Source: Catajapyx aquilonaris (lineage: Eukaryota). From it: 20,000 nt of DNA. This document shows, piece after piece, positions 1-11,314 of the stretch. The notes under the pieces are model-generated. The model searched no databases, was not told the DNA's origin, and saw only the letters and a program-made list of their open reading frames with translations. A program made the position numbers and the translations under genes. The number at the start of each line of letters is the position of its first letter. Position 1 is the stretch's first letter. Location of the stretch: NCBI GenBank assembly GCA_000934665.2, contig KZ538526.1, positions 44,103 through 64,102 of the forward strand, read 5' to 3'.

Positions 1-2232
1 AAATGATGAAGTTGAATGCAAAGTGTAAGCAATAGAAGCAAGACCCAACCAGGTAGGAAGCCATAAAACTTATATGGTGACCAAGAAGGTATACTGCCAT
101 GAGTGGCCCAATGCAGATGAAGTAAACTGCACTCAGCATTATGAACATGTAGGTCAACCTCATCTCTCGTTTATTCAGCTGAGAAGTTGTGCTGGTACCT
201 ACGTCACTGCAAAAGTCGAGGAAGAAATTAATTGATATGTAGTTGTAAGGAATGAAATTCAATTATGTTACATGGAGACATAATATGAACCAAAATCACT
301 CGTGTTAAATATCACAGTACAATATTAAAGGGTAGCTTATTGGCATTAAGATAAAAAGGTGCTTAAAATTAATTTGAAGTTGTAAAAAGATATTTTGGTT
401 AATGTGGTATTGTACATTTTTGTAATTTAGGATTACAATACTGTTCAAGTGACTTGGATTATTTTCCCATTTCCACTGAATAACATTTACCACCACGTAA
501 CTTCTGATATCTTTGTTACACTTCTAAGCCTCCTTCATCCTTGTGGTCATCTTCATTAAAAATAGTACAGTGAAGCATATCTATGACAGACCCTGGATGC
601 CGCATAAAATGTGTCCGTCACAGTAGTGACAGTACCGGTGCTTTTGTTTGATCATAGTATTAGATTTTCAATGTAGTAGTTGCACAAAACAGAAACCTTT
701 TTACCACACAATATTGCTACAGAATCGACTAATCATTTTAGACAGGTGGAGCACCAAGGTTAGTATAACAAAAAAGGAAAATTTCTGCTTTGTTATTCAT
801 TATTGATAAAAATGACAAACCTGTGATTTTCTACACACTGACTGTGAGTTCAGTGCTCCCAGCCCTTACTGCATATTTCATGAGTCTACTAATGATGATT
901 CATTATATACCAGTAGTCAGATTTATATTAATAACAGATTATATATTTTGAACAATGGGTCTTGCTAAATTTGTTTTGAAAAACTATGAGCCAGTGTGAA
1001 AAATGGGGGTTCCCCTACTTACCTAATGGCATGTAAATGTGCAGAGCTGCCACGCAATTTAATCCAGATAACAAGCAGCGACAGAACTGTAACAACTCCC
1101 GGAAGCAGAGAGCCAGTAACAATGATCCATTTTGCTTTGCCCAAGGCCATGCATTGCCCCACGTTTGGGTTGTACCCAAACTCTCCTACAACCTAGAAAA
1201 CAAAATTAATAAATGCTTGTAAAATAGATATTTTCTTGGACAAGTCTGATGAAAACTTTAAGGTGGTGAAATATAAAAGAATAGGCTACTGAGTTCAATG
1301 TTCTCGGCCCTAAATGGTGCCAATAGTCAACTTTATGTTCAACTTACACCAAATAGAGGAGCCAGGAAGATCAGTGAAGCACATAACCATGGAGAGAAAG
1401 CAGCAAGGCAGCTCTGTAATGTAGTTATTCCTGAGCATGTTGATGGCCACCACAGCATTGCTAACCTGGAATAGAAAATGTATGTGACTTTGGATCTAAA
1501 TAATCTTGCATAACCATTGTGAGAATCAACAACGTCTCGTGAATTGAGGACTTAGGCTTATACTAACAAAATATTCATTAACTCTTCATTACATTTACCG
1601 TCATTCAATGCATACCTGTTAAAAGCCAACGTGGCTAAAGAAAGAAGCGAAGCCATGGACACCACGTGCCGCATGTAGGCTATGACAATGCAGGATATAC
1701 GTCCATAGTACCAGCCATGTTGCAAGTAAGTAATTGCTGACACTGGGAGGAACAGCAAGCAGAAAGAAAAGTCTGCTGCACTCATGCTCAGAAGAATGCT
1801 GGTTGTTGAATTGTGAAGGCAATTCCTATAAATACAGAAAGTCAAGTAACTTATACGTATATAGGAAGTAACTGCACTGCACTCTATGTTACAAGCATAC
1901 ACATCACAACTTGTGGTACTGCAATACTACGATGTCAGGATAATACATACTGTATGTTCTTTTACTTACCAGTCGAGATGTTTACACTTCTGGCGAGCAT
2001 ATATCAATGCAACAATGTTCAATAGATTTCCTGTTGTCCCGATCACTGATGTTAAAAGCCAAAATACTACCATGCCAGTATCCAATATGAAAGACATGTC
2101 TGGAAAACAACACTCTGGCTGCAGACCAGAATCAAAGCACAGCGTAACATTGCAAGTTTGATCATTTTCAACACGTGACAATAAGTCGAATGATCCTGAA
2201 TCATTTTGATGAGGTAGAGATGAGTAGTTCAT
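1..2232 (-). CDS. Class A (rhodopsin-like) GPCR, Tre1/moody/GPR84-like; 3'-partial (runs off the window start)
   Basis: Phase-consistent GT-AG exons 2232-1970, 1825-1616, 1465-1348, 1192-1023 and 206-<1 (an extra small ICL3 exon near 845-885 is possible). The translation has TM1 ...VIGTTGNLLNIVAL, TM2 MSAADFSFC, TM3 ISC...LAFNRL, TM4 SPWLCASLIFLAP, ECL2 GEFGYNPNVGQC, TM5 LLPGVVTVL, TM6 REMRLTYMF...YFICIGP and TM7 FAFNFII. N-terminal N-x-S/T sites are present. NR in place of DR and NFII in place of NPxx resemble the Tre1 group. Confidence 0.85.
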
Positions 2233-3562
2233 AACTGGAGAACTTGTGTGAATGCTGTAGTAATGCAGCTCCCTAGAGTGTCTGATGGAAAAATAACCTG
2301 CGAACTAGAAATCCTGTTTTCCGCACACTTCCCTGGAAGTAGGGCATCAGACTGAGCCCTAACAACATGAATATTATCAGTAGCCTCACCATGCATATTG
2401 TGTAAACCATCCCTTTATGACCCTTTATCCGTTTATGCATGACGATTTCATAAATATTAATGCATTCATCATATAAGTTCCTAGTGCGTCATTAATGTGT
2501 ATTGGCAGGTAGTTTATCACTATAATGCCACATGTGGATAGGTATTTATATAGGACCAATAATTGGCCATACATAACAATCTGTGAACACCTGTATCAAA
2601 ACAATGCAATTAATAAGAGTGAAATTAGGTTTTAACATAATGTAAATCAATCTATGTATTGGAGTGCTATCCAAACCCATGTAGAAATCATTGTGCATAA
2701 TAATGTTAAATGGTACTTTCTCATATAAATCATTATTTTCATGCGGATTTTCAAAACTTTAACGTCCTTCGGTCCTTGTGGTATTAAAAGTCAATGAAAA
2801 TATTAATAGCATTCAGTGGGTCTTGTCTGGCATTATGTTGCCCCAATGGACAATGGCGAGTGAAAGTTTTACCTTGTGTGCCGAATATGATTTGCCAGAG
2901 CTCCCACAGTCCGGAAGTCGCCAGTTACTCCAGAACTCGACTGTCATCCACATTGCTAGAGGATTATTTATTCGTGTTATTCTGCCCTCATAAATAGTAA
3001 TGCCTTCATCACAAGCAGAATAGATTACCTCTTTTAGGGGTCTCTCAGGCACCCTTGACATGGCCTATTTGAATGATTTTCTGGGTTGATGATCCCATTT
3101 CAATAATAAAACACGTACCAAAGAGCACTGAAAAATTAAGAATCTTTACAAAATTTTGAAGAGGTGGGTGTGGGAGTGGGGTGGTAATTTTGACCCTTTT
3201 TGTTGAAACCTATTCAACATTCTGCTGTTTCTCCGTAACTAATCAGGACACACATGTGCTTAGTGTGAAAATCTTTTAGAATTGTTTGCTTTCATCAAAG
3301 TAAAAGAAAAAGGACAAAATTTATACATTTTAAAAATTCAACAGTGAACTTTGGCCATCGAGTTGCGTTTGGCTCAGAATAATCTATGAACAGAAATATG
3401 CTAGATTGCTTTTACATGCAGGAAAAAAAAAAATCGGAACTTTTTATCTCCCTGACATATTTCAATCCGCACCTGACAGCTACACCACTCATCTATCACT
3501 TTCACACTATCCATCACTGCCCTCGTGTAAAAAAAATACTGCCACTTAGACATTATATGTAC

Positions 3563-3568
3563 TTTATT
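3563..3568 (-). promoter_or_regulatory. Polyadenylation signal AATAAA of the FANCB-like gene
   Basis: tttatt on the + strand, about 30 nt after the stop codon at 3602-3600. Confidence 0.55.
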
Positions 3569-3599
3569 AATTAATTGCTCCTTAGTGAATACAACCAGA

Positions 3600-5654
3600 T
3601 CAGTTCCTGCCATGAAATGCACTCTCTTTCGTAAAACTTAATGCTTTGTCAGTTTCTAATTCAATGGCTGCTAGTTGTGCCCTAAATTTCCGGTACTCGT
3701 TGATTGCTTTCTGGTTCAGTACTTCTTTCACCTTTTTCAATCCCTGGTCAACTACATAAATCTCTTTGGCAATTGTCCTCTTCAATTCATCATCGGATTC
3801 TGTGGCATGCTCAGAGAGACATGCCTTTACATCTGCTGGCAGCAATGCAGTCAGCATCCGTACAAATAAATTCAGCTGGGATTGATTCCTGAAACATAAA
3901 TGCAGGTTTAGCAGATTGCAAAATGCTGCTTATCAAAACTCAGCTGCCAAAATTAGGGTGTACATAACAATTTTGATTAGTCAGAGATAGACTGATGGAG
4001 AGAGTAACTGGGGATAATGCAATATTATAAACAAATTGTGATTATTTCACGAGCATGAAGACACAATATTATGATGAACCTTACTTGGCAAAAATGAAAA
4101 ACTTGGTCTCCTCTGTCATGGTCACCAAAATCCATCCTCCTGCATCACTTGTAGGTTTGTAGAACACCGTCTCCTTCCCCTCAGCCTGCAGATGCATCTC
4201 CAGTTCCAGGTTCTTCATGAGGTCTTCAACATCCACTTTAGGGCTGTCACAATTCAGTGCAATGTCCAGGATTCCTTTAGTGCTCCAGGCAGCCAGTGAC
4301 AAAAAGTATTTCCTGAATCGATCTGAAGGATACATGGAATTCATTTTCTCAACATGTGGCAAAGAGTTGTCCAAGTAAAAATGGTCCAACAATAGTGTGT
4401 GATGCATTTCCTCCATGACATACGATGCTTCCCAAAATAATGTGATACGGCCAGGATCAGGTAAATCCACTTTCACTGAAATAAGTGCACGTTTTGAAGT
4501 CACATATTTGCCAGGTAGTAGAATCAATCCTCACCTGTTAAAAGAAGCATATCTCGAGTAACAACTCCTCTGCACTCTTCTAGATGTGGCAGGGACCCAT
4601 CCCATTTCAAGGTATTTGAAGTGTATATCAAATGCTTGCAATCAGAAGACATAAGAAAGCTCCTTATCTGACTTACTGCCGTAGTGGTACAAACACATAT
4701 CTCAGCACACAAAATCCAGGACTCCGCAATCCTAAAGCTCCACGTATTCATGACATTCAAAGGAAGAACCCTTAATTCAGATAATTTTCCAGGAGAAATT
4801 GGGCAATCGTCCTCTAAGCCAACAATGGTCACCTGAGACTGAAAAAGGAGCACGTGTAACATTATACCATGTGAAACAACTACACTATGTAAGAAGTGTA
4901 AATATTGTGAATTCAAATTCAACATTGGCACCTGAGGGAGGCCCTCATCATGGAAATTCCAAACATCACATTTTACCTCTTCAGTCATTGGGGCAGAATC
5001 ACCACCAAGAACAGATGCGAAGGATTTGATCATGTCATCTTCTTCCTCCACATCAATCAAGGTCCTTTGAAGTCCGCCTTGAATTCCCTCCAGAGTACTT
5101 ATCAAGGGATCAGATGCTGCAGTACCAGACACAACGACACTGTCAAGAGTCACATGAGGGTCCACAAAGTTCGAGCTCCCGTCCCTGTATTGCAGCTTCA
5201 ACTTGTGACAACCTGTCTTCTTCGACAATGTCACCATTGCTGTGTGAGCATTTGGATACTTGTCAATTACCTGCAATGTTAGGAAAATCAGTACAACCTC
5301 ATTTCAGACAAATGATCAAGACATTACCACAAGTGACACTCCTTCAACAATAAAGACTCCCTCTGTCGGTGAGACGACAATGTACACCCAGCCATCTGGA
5401 GAGTCTCTTGCCAAGGCCAAAATCCGGCTTGCATCTTTCACGCCGATGTCTGCTTGCCGTCGAATCTCCCTCGCCGCATTAATTTCATAAAGTACTCCTT
5501 CGTTGGTGCAAGCAACGCAGCAGGTACATCTCTTAGATGACCAAAAGGCCAAGCTGAAGAAGTTGGCCGCAGTGATGGACCGCACGAGAGACTGCGGCAC
5601 ATACTTGACCCAATGAGGCTCCACTACGCTATCTCCAGCAGCAGAACTCGTCAT
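3600..5654 (-). CDS. FANCB: Putative Fanconi anemia group B-like protein (FA core complex scaffold), about 530-580 aa
   Basis: Phase-consistent exons 5654-5328, 5270-4535, 4475-4085 and 3888-3600 (1743 nt, 580 aa). An additional in-frame intron (4931-4833 or 4976-4833) is possible. The gene structure is well supported. The identity rests on recalled similarity to vertebrate FANCB segments, in the right order: coiled coil DPLISTLEGIQGGLQRTL, then NVMNTWSFRIAESWILCAE, then FIFAKNQSQLNLFVRMLTALLP, then the C-terminal helix YRKFRAQLAAIELETDKAL. Confidence 0.6.
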
Positions 5655-6412
5655 TGCTGATCACCTACGATACATCTGGTGGAAACATTGACACTTGAAA
5701 TTACTTGCGTTAATAATGTTACTGTATTTTTAAAAAACGATTTCCTTACAGAAATCCCCAAATGTGGTCACACAAAGGCACGTTGCAAGGCCAAAATCGC
5801 CATTTTTGGTCGGATATTGTACGCGCGCTTTCAGCCATAAAAAAACATTACTTTAAATTACATGCTCATATACAAATGTCACGTGCGAGTACCTTGTTTG
5901 GTAATTAGTTTATTAAATTAATCGAATTTAGGCGGGTGGAGCGAAGTTATTCCAGTATCGACTGACATCTGACCTCCAAGCACCTGACAAACGCCTGATC
6001 TTTGACCTTTCATAAACGCTAGTGACCATCTATTATCATCCACCAACAACGTATAACTAATCCGCATAGCCAGCATAATATCTACATAATGAGCAGCATA
6101 AAAACATGCAAAATGATAGCAATAGTTGATGGCGATTGCAGTAGTTGAGTCGGTACTGGTAATAAATCACATAACAATCACAGAAAGTACTTGAAGTAGT
6201 ACACATAGAAGGCCGGAAATAGTAGCCCCGCCCTGCAGCCGTGCGTTAATAGATCATCAGACGGATCCAGCCAGTGCCAGGGAAGAATCACTGCAATCAC
6301 AATAAGGGAGGGACGGCCTTCCTCTTTACCAGTTGGCATAAGAGGTCCCAGCGTGGCAGACATCAGGAAGAGTGGTGGGGTGGAGGATGAGACAGACTCT
6401 TCTCCATGCAAC
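5655..6412. promoter_or_regulatory. Probable bidirectional promoter and 5' UTRs between the FANCB-like gene and ninjurin
   Basis: Head-to-head start codons about 760 bp apart; locally CpG-richer. YY1-like CGCCATTTT near 5798, E-box GTCACGTG at 5878-5885, and a minus-strand UTR intron candidate 5892-5676. Confidence 0.5.
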
Positions 6413-7457
6413 ATGCCTCTGCTGAACAGGGGCAGCAACAGGAGGGAGGTGGCGGAGGTCAACACGGGGTACGGGAGCAGGGCAGGGGACGGCATGGAGA
6501 TGGATCCATTGAGGGAGACAGACGTTGACCCAAGGAGAAGAGGAGGGTGGGTTTCGCAGTTGCGCCAGGCGCCTACAGGGACAACATTAGTGTTTAGTTA
6601 AAACTGGCTGCATCATCAAGCCATTAATTCAGAAAAAATCACTGCATCTTGCACTGGCTTATCATTTAATGCTAATTTTCATATTTCAGTTGACTCTGGA
6701 TATAACAGCGTCAGCCATAACGGACGTTCAGTTATAACAGACTCGAAATGCCGGTCCTGTCATACTTCCATAAGGCCCTATGTATTTTTTCTCCTGATAT
6801 AACAGACTAATTGGATGGTGTATGCAATAATGGGTCAACCCACAAAAATGTCAGAATTGAGTTAAGCTCAGGAACATACACCCTACTGCATTCAGTTAAA
6901 ATCACGCTGGTGAAATATGCATCCTTCTGCCGTAAATGAGTGAAAATAATACTGAATTCATTTCACAGGTATGACTTTCAAAGCCCCTTTTCTCAAAACT
7001 GTTTTCATGTGGGTTGACTTATTATTGCACAACACCATCCAATTTTACCTCATCTCGGGTATAAGCGTATAACAGACCATTTCTTAGCCCCTACGTGGCA
7101 AAATATGTTGATTTTGATTACTCAGCTTCCTTTCCCACGTGAGAAAAGCACTGCATACTGGAGAGAGAGTGATTTGTGTATCTGTCACTGATCTAACCAT
7201 GGGATCTAACACTTGCAGAAAATCTCAAAATCATTCTTTTTTGGGGGGTCATGCGTAATTTACAGATGAACTAATTTTGCATTTTGTGAATAGTTTCATC
7301 AATCAGTGTGCAGTTGTGTGCATTATAAACATTGGGAAAGCAGAAAATTTTGCATATTCGTTGCAAAAGTGGAGATTTGTCTGTAACAGACCTGGGTTAT
7401 TGCAGACTTTTACTTTTTTCCATGGTCCATTGAAGTCTGTTATATCCGGATTTAACT

Positions 7458-7508
<51 letters not shown>

Positions 7509-10005
7509 TTATTATTATTTACTGTATTTTTATGATATGTGAGGATAACAAGAAGCTTCTCCTACACCGTGAATGATGGTGGTGATATTATAATCCTGGT
7601 ACACCCCATTATTCATAGGTCATGGTTCAACTAGAGCGGAACTATCCTAGTTCTGTGGCTGTTCTCGGTAGTGTAAACCACAAGCTGCACACTTGTTGTA
7701 ACCCTGTTTCCTGTTTTGTTCAGGGTCAACCAAAACTTCCTCATGTCAGTGACTCATAATTATATCCTTGAGGCCCTGTTTATATCAAGCAACTTAGAAG
7801 GTTCACATAGTTTTTGCTTATGAGGACAGACAGTTTCTGGCGCACTGCCTTTTTAGACAGTGACAGAGCGTGGTATTCTCCTGGGCATTTGGTTACCTTT
7901 GACACTTGTGGCTGCAACTGGTTGTTATTGATATAGTGGCCATTAAGGTGCATCCATTTCCATTAAAAAGTATTTGCATGATTTTAAGCTTGACAAGGTT
8001 TTGATTGCTTATTGAATGATTACATCAGATTGTCAGATGTGCAATTCATGAGCCAGTTTCAATTATTATTTGAAACCATTGCAAGTGGCATGACAGAATT
8101 TCAGTTGTTAATTACATGTAAATTCTATAGCTGTAGCATGCATTACACTGATCAAATCCACTGTTGGCGAGATGCTACGTATTTATGCACAGGGTTTAGC
8201 ATGTAACTACGTTACTTTGCGTGATTTACCATGATTAACTCAGTCCTACTATTCTTAACGAGCATAATTAGAGGAATGTAACCCTTCACAGCAACCTTGG
8301 AAGACCAATTTTGTAATATAAATCTGCAGTGAACCAGTATTCTCTGCTGCCTCTTAAGTAATTCCATTTATAATGCTTGCCAAGACAGCATAGCTGCTCC
8401 CACATAATTCCCATCAAACTAGACCTACTTTTCCCAGATGCTCATTGATGAAATGGATAGTAACTTTTCTGGACGAATACTTATTGTACATGTTGTGCAT
8501 GTTTAGGAATACATTTTTCTGGATGTTAATTTTTATTAGGCAAATGAGTTACTCTAATATTTGAAAGAACGTGTGTAACAAAGACTTCCAGTTGTAAAGT
8601 ATGTTCCTGTTTATCAGTATGCTAGTTATTTAATTGTAATAAATTTTATTAACATCTAACTGTAATCATAGTGTAATTCTGGATAGGTATGTTAATGAAC
8701 TCACAGTGTGTTAGTTCGTAACAGCTTAGTGATTGATAGGTACTTGCTTGGATAACTTCCAAAACGGACTTTTAGCTCTATTCACAGTGTGATGTTCTCC
8801 AACCTCGTCAAACAATTCTATTAAAACAATAAACATTGGGAGCCTTTCTTTGCTTTCTTTCCAAGCAGAACCTCATTTGACTTCAATAAATCTTAAAGCA
8901 ATTGTTTGGTCCCGGCAATAGTTTTCTTACCAAAATAATCCTGCGTACGGTGGTGGATTATTACACACTGATAATAATTCATGCAACTTGTGACTTTTAG
9001 ACCTCCAATTGCTGGCCCAGAAATGTCAGAAAATGGAGATGATACTGATGGCATGGGAATAGATGATGGCCTTCTTCCTCCATCTGGCCCAACCCCAAGA
9101 CCTGCCACCCCCAGAGAGGAGCCGGAGCCAAGGGGAGGGAGGGAGAATCCATTCATTCCAGTCAGACCCGTAAGTTCATTCAGTCTGGTCTTACAAAATA
9201 TGCAATTAAAATGGCTATTATTTCTGGTTTTTCCACAAGGGTTTCATCCCAGTTGATGTGAACCTGTATGCAACCAAGAAGACAGTAGCGCAAGGGATGA
9301 TGGATCTGGCCCTTCTCTCTGCAAATGCAAACCAGTTGCGCTATGTCCTTGAGAGCAGAAGCACGAACATGTACTACTATGTGAATATTGTCCTTATCTC
9401 CATCAGCATTGCTCTGCAGGTTGGTCCGTTTCTGAAAATATGTATGGCAAAGCTAGAATCTGTCTCTGAAATCTGAGATAGGTGTTTCCATAGCTTCTTC
9501 TTCACAAAGTCAGAGGTGAAAAAGAACCTGTTTTAGTAGCAGAATATTCTATGTAAAGTTATTCACTTCTAGTGAGAGTAATTTACTACTTTTGCACTAC
9601 AGTTTTGAATAGTAGCCTAGTATTTTTTCTGAAACCTGGCATTCTGTAGTTTGCTATATTGTCTTAAAATCGAAAATTAATATTTGTCATTAAAAATAAG
9701 TTTTACATAATCATATTCATACACTGGTGCATATTCAAGAACAGCTCACAAAATGATATTTCATTTCAGAGTGTCGCAAGACTCACAAACTATTGTCTTT
9801 TCTTATTTAGTTAGCCGTTGGAGTTGGACTCATCTTGATTGGACGTTACAACCTCAATCGTGAGCGGGATGTGCCAAAGGCAGACAAAGTGAACAACGTA
9901 CTTATTCTAGGAATCTTCCTAATTACTGTTATCAATGTTTTTATCTCTGCTTTTGGAATTGAAGAAGCTGAGGTTATTCCCATGCCTGGAGGAGCAGTCA
10001 TCTGA
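6413..10005 (+). CDS. NijA: Ninjurin (ninjurin A-like), about 225 aa
   Basis: Exons 6413-6546, 9001-9169, 9240-9419 and 9811-10005, phases consistent (678 nt). The ninjurin domain is clear: DVNLYATKKTVAQGMMDLALLSANANQLRYVLE...VLISISIALQLAVGVGLILIGRYNL...ADKVNN...GIFLITVINVFISAFG. Exon 1 and the start codon are less certain. Confidence 0.92.
6687..7458. mobile_element. Non-autonomous pogo/Tigger-type (Tc1/mariner) DNA transposon (MITE) in ninjurin intron 1
   Basis: Left end CAGTTGACTCTGGATATAACAG (6687-6708) matches the reverse complement of 7437-7458 (CAGTTAAATCCGGATATAACAG) at 19/22 positions. TA follows the right end. Internal ATAAC(A/G)GAC motifs recur. No transposase ORF. Confidence 0.8.
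7459..7519. repeat. (TTA)n microsatellite
   Basis: About 20 units with one interruption, directly abutting the MITE right end. Confidence 0.95.
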
Positions 10006-10448
10006 AATTATTTCTTAAACCACATTCAAATATTGAGGTGTTCCCTATAGCAAGGCCATGTACAAAGTGAGACACTAGATGTGCTGTAGTTCCTTGAATC
10101 TCAGCCAGTCATTACCGCTCCTGAGACTAGCCAAGCCAATGCCACATGAGACCAACGTCTACCAACGCTTATTTCATTTCAGTTTATTTTTTAATGCAGA
10201 GTCACTGGTGCCTTGTGTGTTAATCTGCCTTCCACAGTTGTGATTAGCCAGCTTTCAGCATGCTGGTAACACTTGTTTCTATTTTCAGATGTGACGCTTT
10301 TATAAACATCATAGACCTCATTTCTAACATGCATGTACTAGACTGCTAATTTTTGCAAGCATTAGCACAGAATTAGAGGCTGATTTAACTCCAAATGTGG
10401 AACAAAATAGTTCACTTAAAAAGCAGATGTCACGAGCATCTTGTAATA

Positions 10449-11314
10449 TAGTAAAACCTGTCTGTAACACAACTGGGATTGAGTGGAAATGTGTCTATTG
10501 CAGAATTCGTCCTGCCAATGGTTTTGTTGTGTACCATATGTTTCATAATATATTAAGGTAACATTTGTATTGATAAAAATGTTGCAGACTGTTCTCTGAT
10601 CAGCTGGCAGTTCTGCATATATGCTAGACAGCAGATAAAGGGGGCCGAAATGTTTGAGGATAGGGTTTGGTCTTACCTGACAGGGTGACATGAAGGAAAG
10701 TGTGATTAAATAATAATCACCTGCGATTTATCTTTGCCTAGTACAGAAATAGTTACAAGTGTAAGTACTCCTTGTAATATTAATTCTCTGGAGACATTGT
10801 TGATGTCAATAATTATTCAACCAGTGTCACTAGCATGTCAAGCTAGGCTACATCATATGTTAAAGGGTTCCCAATTTATTGATTTAATAGAGGGCTTGCT
10901 GTCCAAACATCTCGAATTTTTAATTAATCAGAGAGCAGTCTGCAACATTTTCGCCTGTACAAATGTAACATTTATATGGGCGACACGGTGGCGTAGTGGT
11001 TAGCGCCGCAGCCTTCCACTTCTAAGGTCCCGAGTTTGGTCCCCAGGTCGGACGGAGGATACTTATGAGAATAGAGTTTCGATTGGTTCTCCCATTTCCT
11101 CCCACAATCAAAATCCATCACAGCGCAGGCAATGATTAAAGACGGTTCATGAAAAGATGATCCCCTAAGAGGCCCAGGGAGGCCTATCATGGGATATCCA
11201 TTATTATTATGATTAAAATGTAACATTTATTATGAAACACATGATGTATAACACAAGCTTGTCCAACATATAATTTTGTTGAAACAGAATGAATTCTCCA
11301 GACAGGTTTTACTG
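10449..11314. mobile_element. pogo/Tigger-type MITE with long imperfect inverted arms, interrupted by a SINE
   Basis: TA-flanked termini: (T)AGTAAAACCTGTCTG at 10449-10464 and CAGACAGGTTTTACTG at 11299-11314 (15/16 match). Internal arm 10521-10600 is the reverse complement of 10927-10975 plus 11231-11258 once the SINE is removed. Confidence 0.78.
10976..11215 (+). mobile_element. tRNA-derived SINE, about 240 bp
   Basis: Pol III A box TGGCGTAGTGG (10989-10999), degenerate B box GAGTTTGGTCCC (11032-11043), short (TTA)n tail, and a perfect 15-bp target-site duplication AAATGTAACATTTAT at 10961-10975 and 11216-11230. Confidence 0.88.

Noticed and set aside
2740..3130. Overlapping short ORFs between the GPCR and the FANCB-like gene
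   Set aside because: No recognisable motifs and no consistent splice phases; probably GPCR promoter or UTR.
7277..7576. Poly-Ile ORFs (this one and 18194-18379)
   Set aside because: They are translations of ATT microsatellites.
10976..11055. tRNA gene
   Set aside because: The B box is degenerate, there is no clean cloverleaf, and it sits inside a TSD-flanked element with a tail, so it is a SINE head.
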